Source of the DNA: Podarcis melisellensis
Lineage: Eukaryota
Assembly: GCA_964234715.1 (NCBI GenBank)
Contig: OZ174278.1
DNA: 64,000 nucleotides
Direction: 5' to 3' (one strand)
The stretch's first letter is position 1. Every line of letters starts with the position of its first letter. This document shows positions 38,870 to 50,354 of this stretch, one piece after another. The notes below the pieces were generated by a model that saw only the letters and a list, made by a program, of their open reading frames with translations, had not been told where the DNA came from and searched no databases. A program made the position numbers and the translations under genes.

Positions 38870-41800
38870 CTGCGGAGCATTTTGAAAAGCAGGGAGACAG
38901 ACAAGGAAACAAAAGTATGAAATAAAGACCAATTCAGAATACAGGCTACATTTTCACATTTATCATTTCAGAACGGCAACATTCTTTTGGCATCTTGCAA
39001 GTCATGGCATAGGATGGGGCATTTACTACTTAGCTGGTGACAGTGGACCATGTAATTCCCAGAAATGGAGTATCTTCATAGCATGCAATCCCAAGTCAAA
39101 CAAAAGGCAGATTCTAAAGCCAACATTTAGTAAGTCACACTATACTGTAGGAATTTCATAATACAACATTCTGGTTACAGAACACTGCATTGCAATTGCA
39201 AAGTCTGCCTCTCAGGGAAATGTTTCATTTTAATGAACATGCTCCCCATTTTGGAAGGGCATGCCAAGAGCGTGTCAGGTTTCTGTACACTGCTTTACCA
39301 TTCATTTTATTGCCCACTTCAGCGACCTTGGCAGAGGAAAGCTGGCACTAGAGCAAGCCAATATTGGAGAGAATCCCACATTTACTTGTTCCTGGTGTTG
39401 AATGCCAGTGCTAGAAACTGAATACCCTTCAAGTTAACGTTACTGGGGTTTTTTTAAAATACAATTTCTGACAGTTTCATAATCACAAGTCTGAAAGAAC
39501 TATGAAGGGCCTACTTTCTGCTCTTAGCAACCATATTTAGGATCCCAGAAAAGAAGAAATACAATGCAATAACAATATTTATAAAGGTAGTGGAGGGAAA
39601 GGTAGTTAATGAGCCACAAAAAGGGTTGGGTTGGCCAATCATACCTCATCTTAATAAGTCAAGATCTGAATGAGGCTTATGGATGCACACACAGTGCCCT
39701 TGCTCCCTGCTTTGCTACAGTTTACTATTTTGTCCAAACAAGGAAACTATGGTTAACAGTTTCTGAACAAGCCAGGATATGAAAACTTAGTTTGAAGTTG
39801 GATTGATACCCTTACTTGTTCCACAACAATTAATTTCCTGGTTTGGCTGATACAGGAAGCAATAGTTAATCAACATCTCCTTGGTTTGTTAGCGGGAAGG
39901 GAGGAGCAAAAGAGCTGCTCATGTGCGGCCAAAAGGCTTGTTCTCGGCTCAGCATAATGGTATATGATAATCTGAACCAGCCCACATAATTCACTGGAGC
40001 AGCTTGCTTCCAAACAGAAGCACCAACAACATTTTCATGTCCTCATTAGGAAATAGAAGAAAGTTGAAGGCAAATGGGATGTCAGCTAATCATATCCAGC
40101 ATTTGGAAGACCTATAGGGAATAGGATGGCTGGGGCAAGTTTTGGCTTTGACAGGAGTGCTCCAGCTAGTCTCTTCACACTGACTCTCAGACAGAGGATT
40201 TAGCAGGAAGGAATAAAAGGCTTGCTGGATAAGCCTCATTCCTGCACTCTTGTCAGCTGTCAAAGAACAGCCTTGCTGACAGTTCAACGACTTAATACCC
40301 TGCCAAGCTCTCAAACTTCAATCAAGTAGGAGGGGGCTGCTGTTGAATCTTGGATGCAGTTTATGTACTACAGATGAGAATTCCTCTCCTGCTTTTCCCA
40401 CCCGCAGGCAATGTAAGATCATTTGAAAAACATTTTGCTCCTCCCCCTTAACCTGCATCAAAATAATTACTAATTTGGGATGCAAAGGTGAAGAAATTCC
40501 CACTGACCAACAGAATACTTTCAGTGCAGAAAAGAGGCACCCTATTCAAGGCAGTTTTTAAAGCTATGGATGCTTTCCAGATAATATTGGTAACAGAAGT
40601 ACACTGAGTGTACAGAATCAGTGGCACCTGATATCTGTTGGATGAGAAGAATAAGAGACAAGCTCTCTCTCATAATTAGGCCTACAGCAAGCAGGATGGA
40701 AATCATTAGGCCATATTGAGATTTCCTTTCCTTTCCTTTAAAAACTTGCACAGCTTATTCTCATTCCTCTAAGGCTATAATTCTAAACTAACCTATTAGC
40801 CTATTGAACTCAATGGCTGCATTTACACATAGTGCTAAATACTAACTGAAGTTTCATAAACCATGCTAGGTAGTGCACAAGGGCTGTTTCACTATTCTAG
40901 TCCTTGAGAGCAGAGAAACAAATAATAAAAAGGCAGCTGGCTTAGTTTCATCCAAATCCAAGGTTGTGGTTTGCATTGCCTAAACAAACCAACATCACTA
41001 GCCAGGCTTACACTATTATTTGTTATCAGCTTATACTCTTGGGCTTGCTATTAAACGGTAACACAGCCAAAGAGATTTACTTGCAGATAAACATGTTTAA
41101 AATTGGATTGTACAAATGCTGCAGAAGTGGATTTTCAGCTCTCTTGGCTCTCTGAAGAACAAGAGATGCTGTGGCTGTCAGGACTGGGTTATCATCAACC
41201 AGATCTTGATTTGTGCTACGATAGCATTCAGAAGTGTATATGCACAATGCTTGAATTTCAGCAGAGTATAAGTAGAAATGCTTGCTCCCACTGCTTGAAA
41301 GGCTGTCAAGAATCATCTGGCTCCTAATTGCAAAGTCAAAAGCCAGAAACTTGATTTTTTTAATTATCCTCTAAGAGATGCTGACACGTCAAGGCAAACT
41401 CTACAGAACAACATGGTTCTTTAGAAATTTGTGCTAGGGTTTCAGTTTTCCATATCTCTCCTGCCTGGATGCTCATTTCCTAGAACATCTGCATAAAAAG
41501 CAGATCTCAGTAGCTTAAGAGTTCAGCCAGAAAAACAGAGTTAGTGAAAACACAGTTCTCCATAAAGTCAAAGCTGAATATTGGGGTAAGGAAAAGTGAA
41601 AAACAATGTTTTTGTCTAGACAAACTTCTGGTTCAACTCCTAATCTTTCTATATGATATAACATCCATTAAATAATAGAAAGTGATCTATATTATTTTTA
41701 GGATTTCCCCAAGGAAATATGGCAGATCTGACAATGGGTCTGAAAGAACCATTATAGTAGTGACTGTGGGATTAGTCCAGTCGTCCAAGCCACACTCAAG

Positions 41801-42655
41801 AACAACAAATCAGAGCACAAGAAGGTGTCTAGATGAGTCGCTGGACTACCTGAGACCAGATTCTATTATGCAGCTTTGCCAAACGATACTATCTTCCTGA
41901 TAGAAACTATAGATGTGGCCTTCAGAACAAGTGTGCATTTGACTATATTTTTATTTATCAGTTGTTTCCCTTCCTATCTCTTGTCTTTGGAGCAAACACA
42001 TTTTATTTTGGGGTTTTTTTTTAAAGAAGAACTTAAAACAGTACGGAACATTCCCAGCTAAAAAAACTGAACGATTTTGAATTTTCTCTTTGGATGACTA
42101 ATGGGAAAAATTACATTGCTACAGAGGATGGCAGCCCATGTATTTTCAGGCAGGCTGTTAAAGAAGACCGAGACTTAACAACAACCAGCACTGCATAAGT
42201 CTGTTTTATGTCATGGCAGGTCCTGTGGGGATTTCCAGCTTATCTATCCTACCAACACTACCTTTGGGCTTGTTGAAAGCTTTTGAATGTCCCCTCTCTC
42301 TTCCAAGACAGGGATCACTTTAAATATTAAAACTATTCCATCTTTGTGTTCTTTTAAGTCAAGTTAAAGAGCCACGTTTGATCAGAACAAATGTTTCATT
42401 TTAAAATGTTTTCTCAGGACTGATACAATAGACACAAAAAGGCATCCATGACTAGTCATGAAAAAAGCCCAGGATGGCTGGTATAATTAAGAGACCATGT
42501 TGGACACACCACCAATGAGCATGAACTGGTAAGTCTTAAAGGGTTTAGCATTTTTAAGAACTACATAATTTTCTTCCAACACAGAGTCCAGGGCAGGAGG
42601 GATCACTCCTATTGAATGCCACTTTCTGTTCACTTCCATATTGTGGTATAAACCC

Positions 42656-42792
42656 AGGATAGAAAACTTGTGAACCTCCAGAGGCTGTTGGGACTACAAC
42701 TGCCATTATCACTTTGCCACTGGGTCATACTGGCAGGGACTGATGCAAGTTCAAAGCACACCACCTCTGGAGGGCCACAGGTTCCCTATCAT
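42656..42792. mobile_element. Decayed hAT-type MITE related to 49409-49544
   Basis: cctccagaggctgttgggactacaact...ctggagggccacaggttccc; ends about 55 nt into the intron after exon 4. Confidence 0.7.
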
Positions 42793-42845
42793 TACACAAG
42801 AAAAATTATCCATCAACTTTATAGCATCACCACCCAGCTACTCAC

Positions 42846-43229
42846 CTAATGCCAACACCTCCACAGTGACAGGGACAGATGTCCTCTCTGCTACCTTGTG
42901 CCAGCTACCATTGTGCTGTGGCACCCAGAGAGTTGCTTGGCAGTAGTAGTAACCGGAATCTTCAGTGCTCACATCACGTACCAATAGGTGGTAAGAACTC
43001 CGATCCACATGGCTGAGGCTGATGAGGGTAGAATCACTAACAACAGAATCACGGTCTGCACTTAGCAAAACCTGAGCTTCTGCCATGGTGCTATCAGGTG
43101 ATTCACTGAAGTACCACCTGACCTCTGCTTGGAAAATGCCACTTCTGTCTGTTGTGAAGTTGCAGGTAAGGTCAAGGGAGTCCCCCTCTGTCACAGATAC
43201 ATTGCTTCTGGTGATAAACACACCTAAAG
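42846..43229 (-). CDS. PTGFRN: PTGFRN coding exon (exon 4 equivalent): Ig domain 3
   Basis: NVSVTEGDSLDLTCNFTTDR...SHVDRSSYHLLVRDVSTEDSGYYYC...SWHKVAE. Donor TAG|gtgagt. Acceptor taken as the first AG after the pyrimidine tract (384 nt); an in-frame alternative would start at 43223. Confidence 0.92.
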
Positions 43230-44539
43230 CTTTTGGCAGGAGGGAAGCAAGACAAAAAAGTGTTATTTTCAACTCTTTAATACAGCAGGTAGCCTAACTG
43301 TTGGCTTCTGCTGCCTGCTTTTTTAATTAGTCGCCTACATATTTACAGGCAAAGTTCACATATATTATTGCTGAACTATAGAAAAACAGGCAGTGAACTT
43401 TTTTCCCCAAGTTTCACTACTTATTTAATTCTATGTTCTGAAGCAAATCATTGTGCAATTTCAGTTTTCTTAGAATAAAAAAACAGCTACCTTTGCCTTG
43501 TGCAGGGAAATGCAAGGACACAACAATTTTTTTCTAATCAAATTCACTGTCAATCCAGCTTCACACAATTTACGTCTAGCTATGACATCGTTCCAACAGA
43601 AGGTGTTCCAAATGGCTCTACATTTTGCTACGTACAATTAATCCGCCCAGGGGAGAAAAACACCTCACATGCCTACCTACTCCAACATAACAAGCATTAT
43701 AACTTCAAGCACAGGGAAGATCAAGGGGGTCTCTCACCATCACAGAGATGTTGTTTCTCATAATGAATACACCTAAAGCCAAGACACACTCCCAAAGGAA
43801 TACAAATCAGATTTTACAAGCTAACTACTATGAAGAACTGAACCACATCTGAATGATTGCTGTGGCATTTTCAAATTCTCTGTGTGGTGATTAAAGGATT
43901 AAAGGTCCAGTATGAGTATACTTGCAAAAACATATAATTTCATTTTGCTGCCAAGAAGCCAACTTGCTTATTCTTCCTTCTCCAAAATTACCAACGTACA
44001 CATTTTGCAGCCTGGCATGATCCTTTAAAGCACATGCATTGCACACAGGTATATTTAAACAAAGGGAGGGGAACAGTCATTTAAAGACTACTGTCTAGTA
44101 GCTAAGCTATTGGGGGGAAGTTGCGAACTTAAAACAACTGTAGATTTAAATTCTCCTTTAGCCCTAGGCAATCCCCAAAGCCAGGTAACAAGACCTTTTA
44201 CACAAATATCCTATACAAACTACTGAAAAAGAAAAGAGTCCTCTGTTATGAAGCCTGGGTTTTAAATAGATTCCAAACACAACTATGCAGTAGGTATTCA
44301 AAGAAAATACAAATATCTAAGTTCTTATTTGCAGTGCCTTCACAACATATCTAACACATGTACTGAGGAAAGTACACACTGTTACTATATTATATACTGT
44401 GCTGAGATACTTAAGGGAGCAGCCACTATGGCTTTACACCAAATGTTGGTGGCCTGCACATTCTGTCCCACAGCCACAATGGTGTCACAGCATAGATGCT
44501 GATACAGGCAACATCATTTCATGAATACCGCATGCTCAC

Positions 44540-44959
44540 CTGTTGGCTGCACCACAACATTTGCTATATCCACAGCCTTCTCTTGTATCTTCTGCCATGA
44601 AGCATCTGCACCTTTAACCCATTCACTCACTCGACACCTATAGGCACCTTCATCTGTTGGAAGAGCTTGGGACACAGACAAGCGGTAAATGTCATTGGCC
44701 ATGGCATCTAAACGCACATCTCCACTGATATAGCGCTCGTTATACTCTGAACCAGGCTGGAACTTGCCCTCATGCGTCAAGGAGAGAATTTCTTGCCAGG
44801 CAAACCCGTTTCTGAATTCCCAAGACACATGCAGATGTGTGTGTTCTGAAGAATTGGTGGACGCTGAGCAGCGCAACTGAAATGCATCTCCTTCCGATAA
44901 GTTCCAAGTAGATGTGGAGCGGGCTGTTGACCTACCAACGGTTAAGCCATCCGCAATCA
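44540..44959 (-). CDS. PTGFRN: PTGFRN coding exon (exon 3 equivalent): Ig domain 2 with the EWI-motif position
   Basis: EGDAFQLRCSAS...HTHL...LTHEGKFQPG...SGDVRLD...YRLSVSQAL...YRCRVSEWV...WQKIQEKAV. Acceptor gaatag|, donor CAG|gtgagc; 420 nt. Confidence 0.95.
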
Positions 44960-45571
44960 CTATTCGGAGAAAAGAAAGTTATCAAGCGTGTGGGTTATAA
45001 TAAATGGCTTTACATAAAGCAACGATGAAACAGAGTCAAGCTGTGGTAGATTGTCATGAAAGAGATGACTAATTATGCAGCATAATGAGTACGCTGAGCC
45101 AAAACAAATCACTCACATTGGAAAGCATGAGCAAAAAAGTGTTTTCACACACCACACTTTCTCCCTTAACTCAATCAATTATTCAGCTTCAGAAAGACCT
45201 CCACCCACAATTACCTCTTCAAGTAAATCTATTAGCAGAGAAACTTCCCCTTCCAGTATACTTTGTTTAAAAACAAATGTCAGCGAAGAAGGGTGGAAGA
45301 GACTGGAATATAACAGGAGCTATTCTGAGCATTTTGCTTTGTTTTATAAATTCAAATGATCCTGTTGAGATAGTCACCAACCCACTGCTTCAATTAAGCA
45401 AGCACAGGACAATGCTGTGGCACCAATGGGACATGGGGCACTGTCCACCTTCAGGTTATACAAAAGTGTATTTGGCTAGATTGCATCTACTCCAGCCATT
45501 TCACGTATCGCTTGCAAAATTACACTAAGACCCAATACCAATTGTAAATACCCCTCACCCTTTAGAAGTAC

Positions 45572-45949
45572 CTTTGACTTCGACTACAGCGTTGTAATTT
45601 CCCTGAACAACAGAATCTGTGCTGGGCGTTGTGCATCGGTACATCCCTTGGTCAGTGGGACGGATGTTTCCAATCACGAGTTCCACAGAGTTGTTGCTGT
45701 TTCGCCTCAATGTGATCTCTTTACCGTCAACCCGATCTTTATATTCCTGAGACGTGAACCAAGGGTCCCAAGTACTCACTACTTGTACAAATTTAGAGTC
45801 CAGAGCAGAGATTCTAGAGAACTCCCAGTCAAAGTTCTGCTCGCTGGGTCCTTCATATTGACTAACATTGCATGGAATCACCACCTCTGTGCTCTCAACT
45901 CGCACTAGAGGACCTGCAGGCACCTTCACAATACGCCCATGGCAGGAAG
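45572..45949 (-). CDS. PTGFRN: PTGFRN coding exon (exon 2 equivalent): end of signal peptide + Ig V-type domain 1
   Basis: Translation SCHGRIVKVPAGPLVRVESTEVVIPCNVSQYEGPSEQNFDW...YRCTTPSTDSVVQGNY matches recalled human PTGFRN (LCRGRVVRVPTATLVRV...VIPCNVSDYDGPSEQNFDW...CSTPSTDATVQGNY). Acceptor ccccctag|, donor AAG|gtactt; 378 nt, phase 1-1. Confidence 0.95.
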
Positions 45950-46008
45950 CTAGGGGGGGAAACAAAGGATTGTAAGTTAAAATTGCAAGAGAGAGTGAGT
46001 GTGTGTAA

Positions 46009-46009
46009 T

Positions 46010-46033
<24 letters not shown>
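46009..46033. repeat. (CA)n microsatellite
   Basis: Direct reading; about 60 nt upstream of the exon 2 acceptor. Confidence 0.9.
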
Positions 46034-46040
<7 letters not shown>

Positions 46041-47265
46041 TATACATAAAGGGAGCCATGGGGAGGAAAGTAAAAAGGACACTATTGTTTGCCGTTTAAT
46101 TGATGGTATATTGCAATGTTTAAGGTGAAAATGTTTGTCAGTGAATTAGGAGAGTGCGCAGTGGGTTGAAATGGCGGAAGGCAAGATCAAATCCTTGCTT
46201 AGTTGTGAAATGCAATGGGTGGCCTTTGGGACATTGCTCCTCTTCACTACATCCATATTCGACTTGTCATTGGATGCCATCTGGGATTGTGAATACTGTC
46301 AGCCACAATTTAAGAATTCTTGTTCTTTCCACAAACATGATTTCCTTGATCCTCCCTTTCATCTGCACTATGTACAGCTCCACTTTAGAAGAGTTAACAA
46401 AACTGAGTCAAGAATTTAAAAGAGTCCAATTACCACCTCATCTAGTTTGCAGATGAAATGGTGTGTCTTGTTTCAGAAACAGAAGTCATTTGAAATGAGC
46501 TGCCTGGCCATGACTGAAAAGAGAGCCACCAATTCTGGTGATATTCTGGTGCCTAGATATTCTGAAGGTTTTAACCATTTTGGTTAAAGAGGCATGCCAC
46601 CAAGGGTTTGTTTGCTTTGCAGCATTTTAATGTTTTAGACATCTCTCATCAGTTAATGCTATTAACATTTTCATTGCTGTGTTAAGTTGGGGACGTAAGT
46701 GATTATTTAATGTTAACAGAAGAGGAAGTTCAAAACTGCAACTTTGAATCAAATTACAAAGTACCGTATGCCTTGTGCTTTTCTTCTATAAATAGCAATC
46801 AAAGAATTTCTCCTGCTTCTCTTTTATTCATTCATAGTAAACAAAACATCAGTGTTGCAATTTGAATGATTTCACAATGCTTGTGTTTTTGATGCATGAT
46901 CATCTAAATATATATGAAAGTCAACAGCATGGAGTGGAAGAGATATCTGCCCCCTACAGCCCTTGAGCTTTCATTGTAAGAATGACACCCACATTTTGGG
47001 GGTTCAAATATTTCAAATGGAAAACACAAAAGAAATGCAACCCTTATTTCCCATCTCAGTGTTCACTGGTGTCAAGCATCTAGAGCTGCTGCTGGAGAGA
47101 CAGGGAGCAAGACGACATACAGGGCACTAAGCATATCCTACATAATCCATTGTCTGTAGCCATGCCCCATGGCAGAACTGCATCTGTTTCGGACTGAGAA
47201 AGACTCACAAGTTAGGGATTTACATCAGGACAAGAAGACTTGACTGATAACTCAGGAACAACCTA

Positions 47266-47506
47266 CAGTGGTACCTCGAGTCACAAACACCTCAGGTTAC
47301 AAACGCTTCAGGTTACAAACTCTGCTAACCTGGAAGAGTTACCTCGAGTTGAGAACTTTGCCCCAGGATGAGAATGGAAATCGTACGCCGGCGGCACAGT
47401 GGCAGCAAGAGGCCCCATTAGTGAAAGCACGCCTCTAGTTAAGAACAGTTTCAGGTTAAGAACAGACCCCCAGAACAAATTAAGTTCGTAACTAGAGGCA
47501 CCACTG
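47266..47506. mobile_element. Tc1/mariner MITE, same family as 30758-30999
   Basis: TIRs cagtggtacctc/gaggcaccactg, TA TSD; alignable with the 30758 copy. Confidence 0.9.
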
Positions 47507-49408
47507 TATTACAGGACAGCCCTAGAAGGGAAAGTGACAGAGCCATTTGTTGTCCATCTAAATCACCCCAATGTATCAATGATCAACAGCTTATCCTGGG
47601 TATTTATATCTTCTTCACCCAGGCCTTTGGTGGTAGGGAAGCATTTTCTTAGAGACAGCCCCCACCCCACCCTAAAACAGCTGCTTACCAGCTACAATAG
47701 ACACAAATATAGGGATCAGACCCTGGAGCAAGCACAGATATGTCCACATATCTACTCAGGCAACACTATTACTGGACCTAATAATGTCAGCCATGACATG
47801 ATCTTTCACATACAAGATGTATACAGTGTGAAAAATGCTAAGCTGCTGTTCTAAGAATGAAACAGTGTAAATAATTCTCTAGTTGTAAATTAACACTGTA
47901 TAGTGGCCAGTTCTGAGGCCCAGTTTAGGAAGTATATGAAGTAGCATCAACAGGAAACTCAATTTAAAATCAATGATAATTAGCCTTACATCTTGCTGAT
48001 TTAAATCACTTTGGTCTGAATCAATTCACCCTGCATAGAAGAACACTGCTCCTCACAAGTCCTAAGTGTTTCAGTCAGCCCATGTGGAAAGCCAAAACCT
48101 CTTCTGCCTTGCAGTGGGCTTGTTTTGAAGCCCAAAAATCTCCAAGAGCTACAAATGGGCTTTGGTAGGATCTCTCATTTCCTAAGAATGCTAAGCAAGC
48201 ACTGCTTTTATTTGCAGCTCAAGACTTTCCATAAAAGGAATAACCATTTCAGCTGCAGAGATGCTTCAATTTCAGCCTCCAAACAAAATCACTTTAAGGA
48301 TGTCTAATCCCACACTGTCATATGCGTGCTGGGTTTCTTGCAGGACTGTCACAGTAGCACCCCAAAATGCTGCAGCAGCTCAACAGCAATTCTCAATACC
48401 ACAACAGCCTTAAACATAGACACAGTTTCCCTAGACAATTAGGGCTGGGGAAAGCCGTGGGATAAAGGTGTGGAAGCCAGTATTACATCAGCTTTCTTCT
48501 CCCAGGAAAACAAGCAGGCAGCTGAAGAGGAAGCGTTTCAGCAGCCTTCAAGGAAGGCAGGGTGGGTCTGGGAAGGCCCATGGCAGCACATGAATGGACA
48601 AGATAGCAATACTGTCACCACCTGGAGTGGACCGAATTAACTTTATTCTCCCTGATTACTTCACAGTATTGTGGTGAGCACATGAGTCCTTTATTCCCTG
48701 TCTCCTGTTTCCTTTTCTTTCCCTTCTCCTTGAGTGTGTGGTTTCCGTGTCTGTGCTTTCTTTGAGCGTGTGGCTCCTTTGGCTGTTTTATTGGTGGCAG
48801 TTAGCTGCGAGGCAGCAGCATAAACCGGCTCCTGACTCCTCAGCACTTCCATTGAGCAGCCGTGGTTCTGGCCCACTCCCTGGTACTTCCAACAGTAGAT
48901 CTGACTATGCAGTTACCTATCCCCGCCCTGCCAGCTCAGTCTCACAGCAAGCTCAGCAGCGGACAGTGATCTTTCGTTTGCCCCCAACATGCTGCCATGC
49001 CAAGCGGCAGCTGTCAACAACTCTAGCCATCTTGTAGCCTTGTCACCAACCAGCAGGCCTTTCCAGCACCCTCTCTTTCTCTTGCCTTGTCCTACCCACC
49101 CCTCCCTCTCAGACAACTGCAGCAGGCCATTTTGGGCCAGACCTTAGGAGCTGCCACCACTGCTACTGCCCCGCTTCCCTCCCCCCCCCACTCCTTTCCC
49201 CTTATCCCCAAGATGGGCCAGGTTGGACAGGGAGAGATGAAAGAATGGAGGAGAGAGAAGTCCCCACGGGAAGTCACCCCCACACTGTTCAGTCCCACTT
49301 CCTGTATTCTTAAAAAACCCCTACAATTCCCAGGAGTCTGGGGGGGGGGTGCCATTTCCTTATTTGCCTCAGGTGGGAAAATGTATTTGGCTGGCCCTGA
49401 GTCTAAGA

Positions 49409-49544
49409 CAGACATCCCCAACCTGCGGCCCTCCAGATGTTTTGGCCTACAACTCCCATGATCCCTAGCTAACAAGACCAGTGGTCAGGGATGATGGGAA
49501 TCGTAGTCCAAAACATCTGGAGGGCCGAAGGTTGGGGATGCCTG
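49409..49544. mobile_element. hAT-type MITE (136 bp, largely palindromic)
   Basis: TIRs cagacatccccaacct/aggttggggatgcctg; 8-bp TSD gtctaaga/atctaaga (7/8 match). Confidence 0.9.
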
Positions 49545-49873
49545 ATCTAAGAGAACTTCCTGGGCCAGAGATGGGATGGCCCTCCAGATGTCTATTATGG
49601 ACCACATCCCTGGCCATTGGTCATGGAGTTTAAGAACAACTGAGAACAGCAGGTTCCCTATCCATGAGTTAAGCCCTGCTCAGTCACCAAGGTCTTCCTA
49701 AGCTCTGGCATGTTTCTATATATTTTCATTGTTCCCTTTGGCACTGATTTGCTCTTCAGCCCAGACTCCTGTTTCCATCCAATGACTGCTGGTTCCCAGT
49801 GCCCAGCTCACATCAGACTGCTGAACCCTGGCCCTGAACCAAGGTTCTTTCTTTTACCCGGTATCCTTATAGA

Positions 49874-50354
49874 TTGAAATGCAAGAGACTGAACTTGGGA
49901 GCTTCTACATAGAAAGCGTCTCTATATAAAATTACGAATGGTATGGTGCCATCCAGTGAAACTGAATGGTGGGAGATTCAGGACAGACCAAACAAATACT
50001 TCACAAAGTACACAGTTAGAATTATGGGATTTGCTTCCACAAGATGTAGCAATGGTGATCAACATGGATGGCTTTAAAAGGGGAGGAGACAGATTCATGG
50101 GCAACAAGACTATCAATGGACTGTAGTTATGATGGCTGTATATCATCTCCAGTATCAGAGGCAAAGCCAGCTGCTATGAGAAATGAGTGGTAGGGATCTA
50201 TTGTATTCATGTGCTGCTTATGGGTTTCCCTTAAGCATCTGGTTGGCCAATGTGGGAACATACTGCTGAACTAGATAGGACTTTTGTCTGGTCCAGCAGA
50301 GTTCATCTCGTGTTATTAGTAAAGCATATGTTTTTACCAGTGAGCTATGGCCCC
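49874..50354 (-). mobile_element. tRNA-derived SINE head split by the CR1 fragment (pieces 50321-50354 and 49874-49917)
   Basis: Minus strand reads GGGGCCATAGCTCACTGGTAAAAACATATGCTTT (A box) ... GCTTTCTATGTAGAAGCTCCCAAGTTCAGTCTC (B-box-like). Confidence 0.55.
49935..50315 (+). mobile_element. CR1 LINE 3' fragment
   Basis: Remnant HPVKLNGGRFRTD...LWDLLPQDVAM...DGFKRG.DRFM (CR1 ORF2 C-terminus), followed by a 3' UTR (catctggttggcca...gctgaactagataggac). Confidence 0.8.

Noticed and set aside
4617-45949. Paralogues IGSF3, CD101 or IGSF8 as the gene identity
   Set aside because: Long diagnostic peptides (VDGVVLEKVQ.EFRYRMYQTQ, NVRFTVSWYYR, SYHLLVRDVS) and the exon sizes fit PTGFRN.
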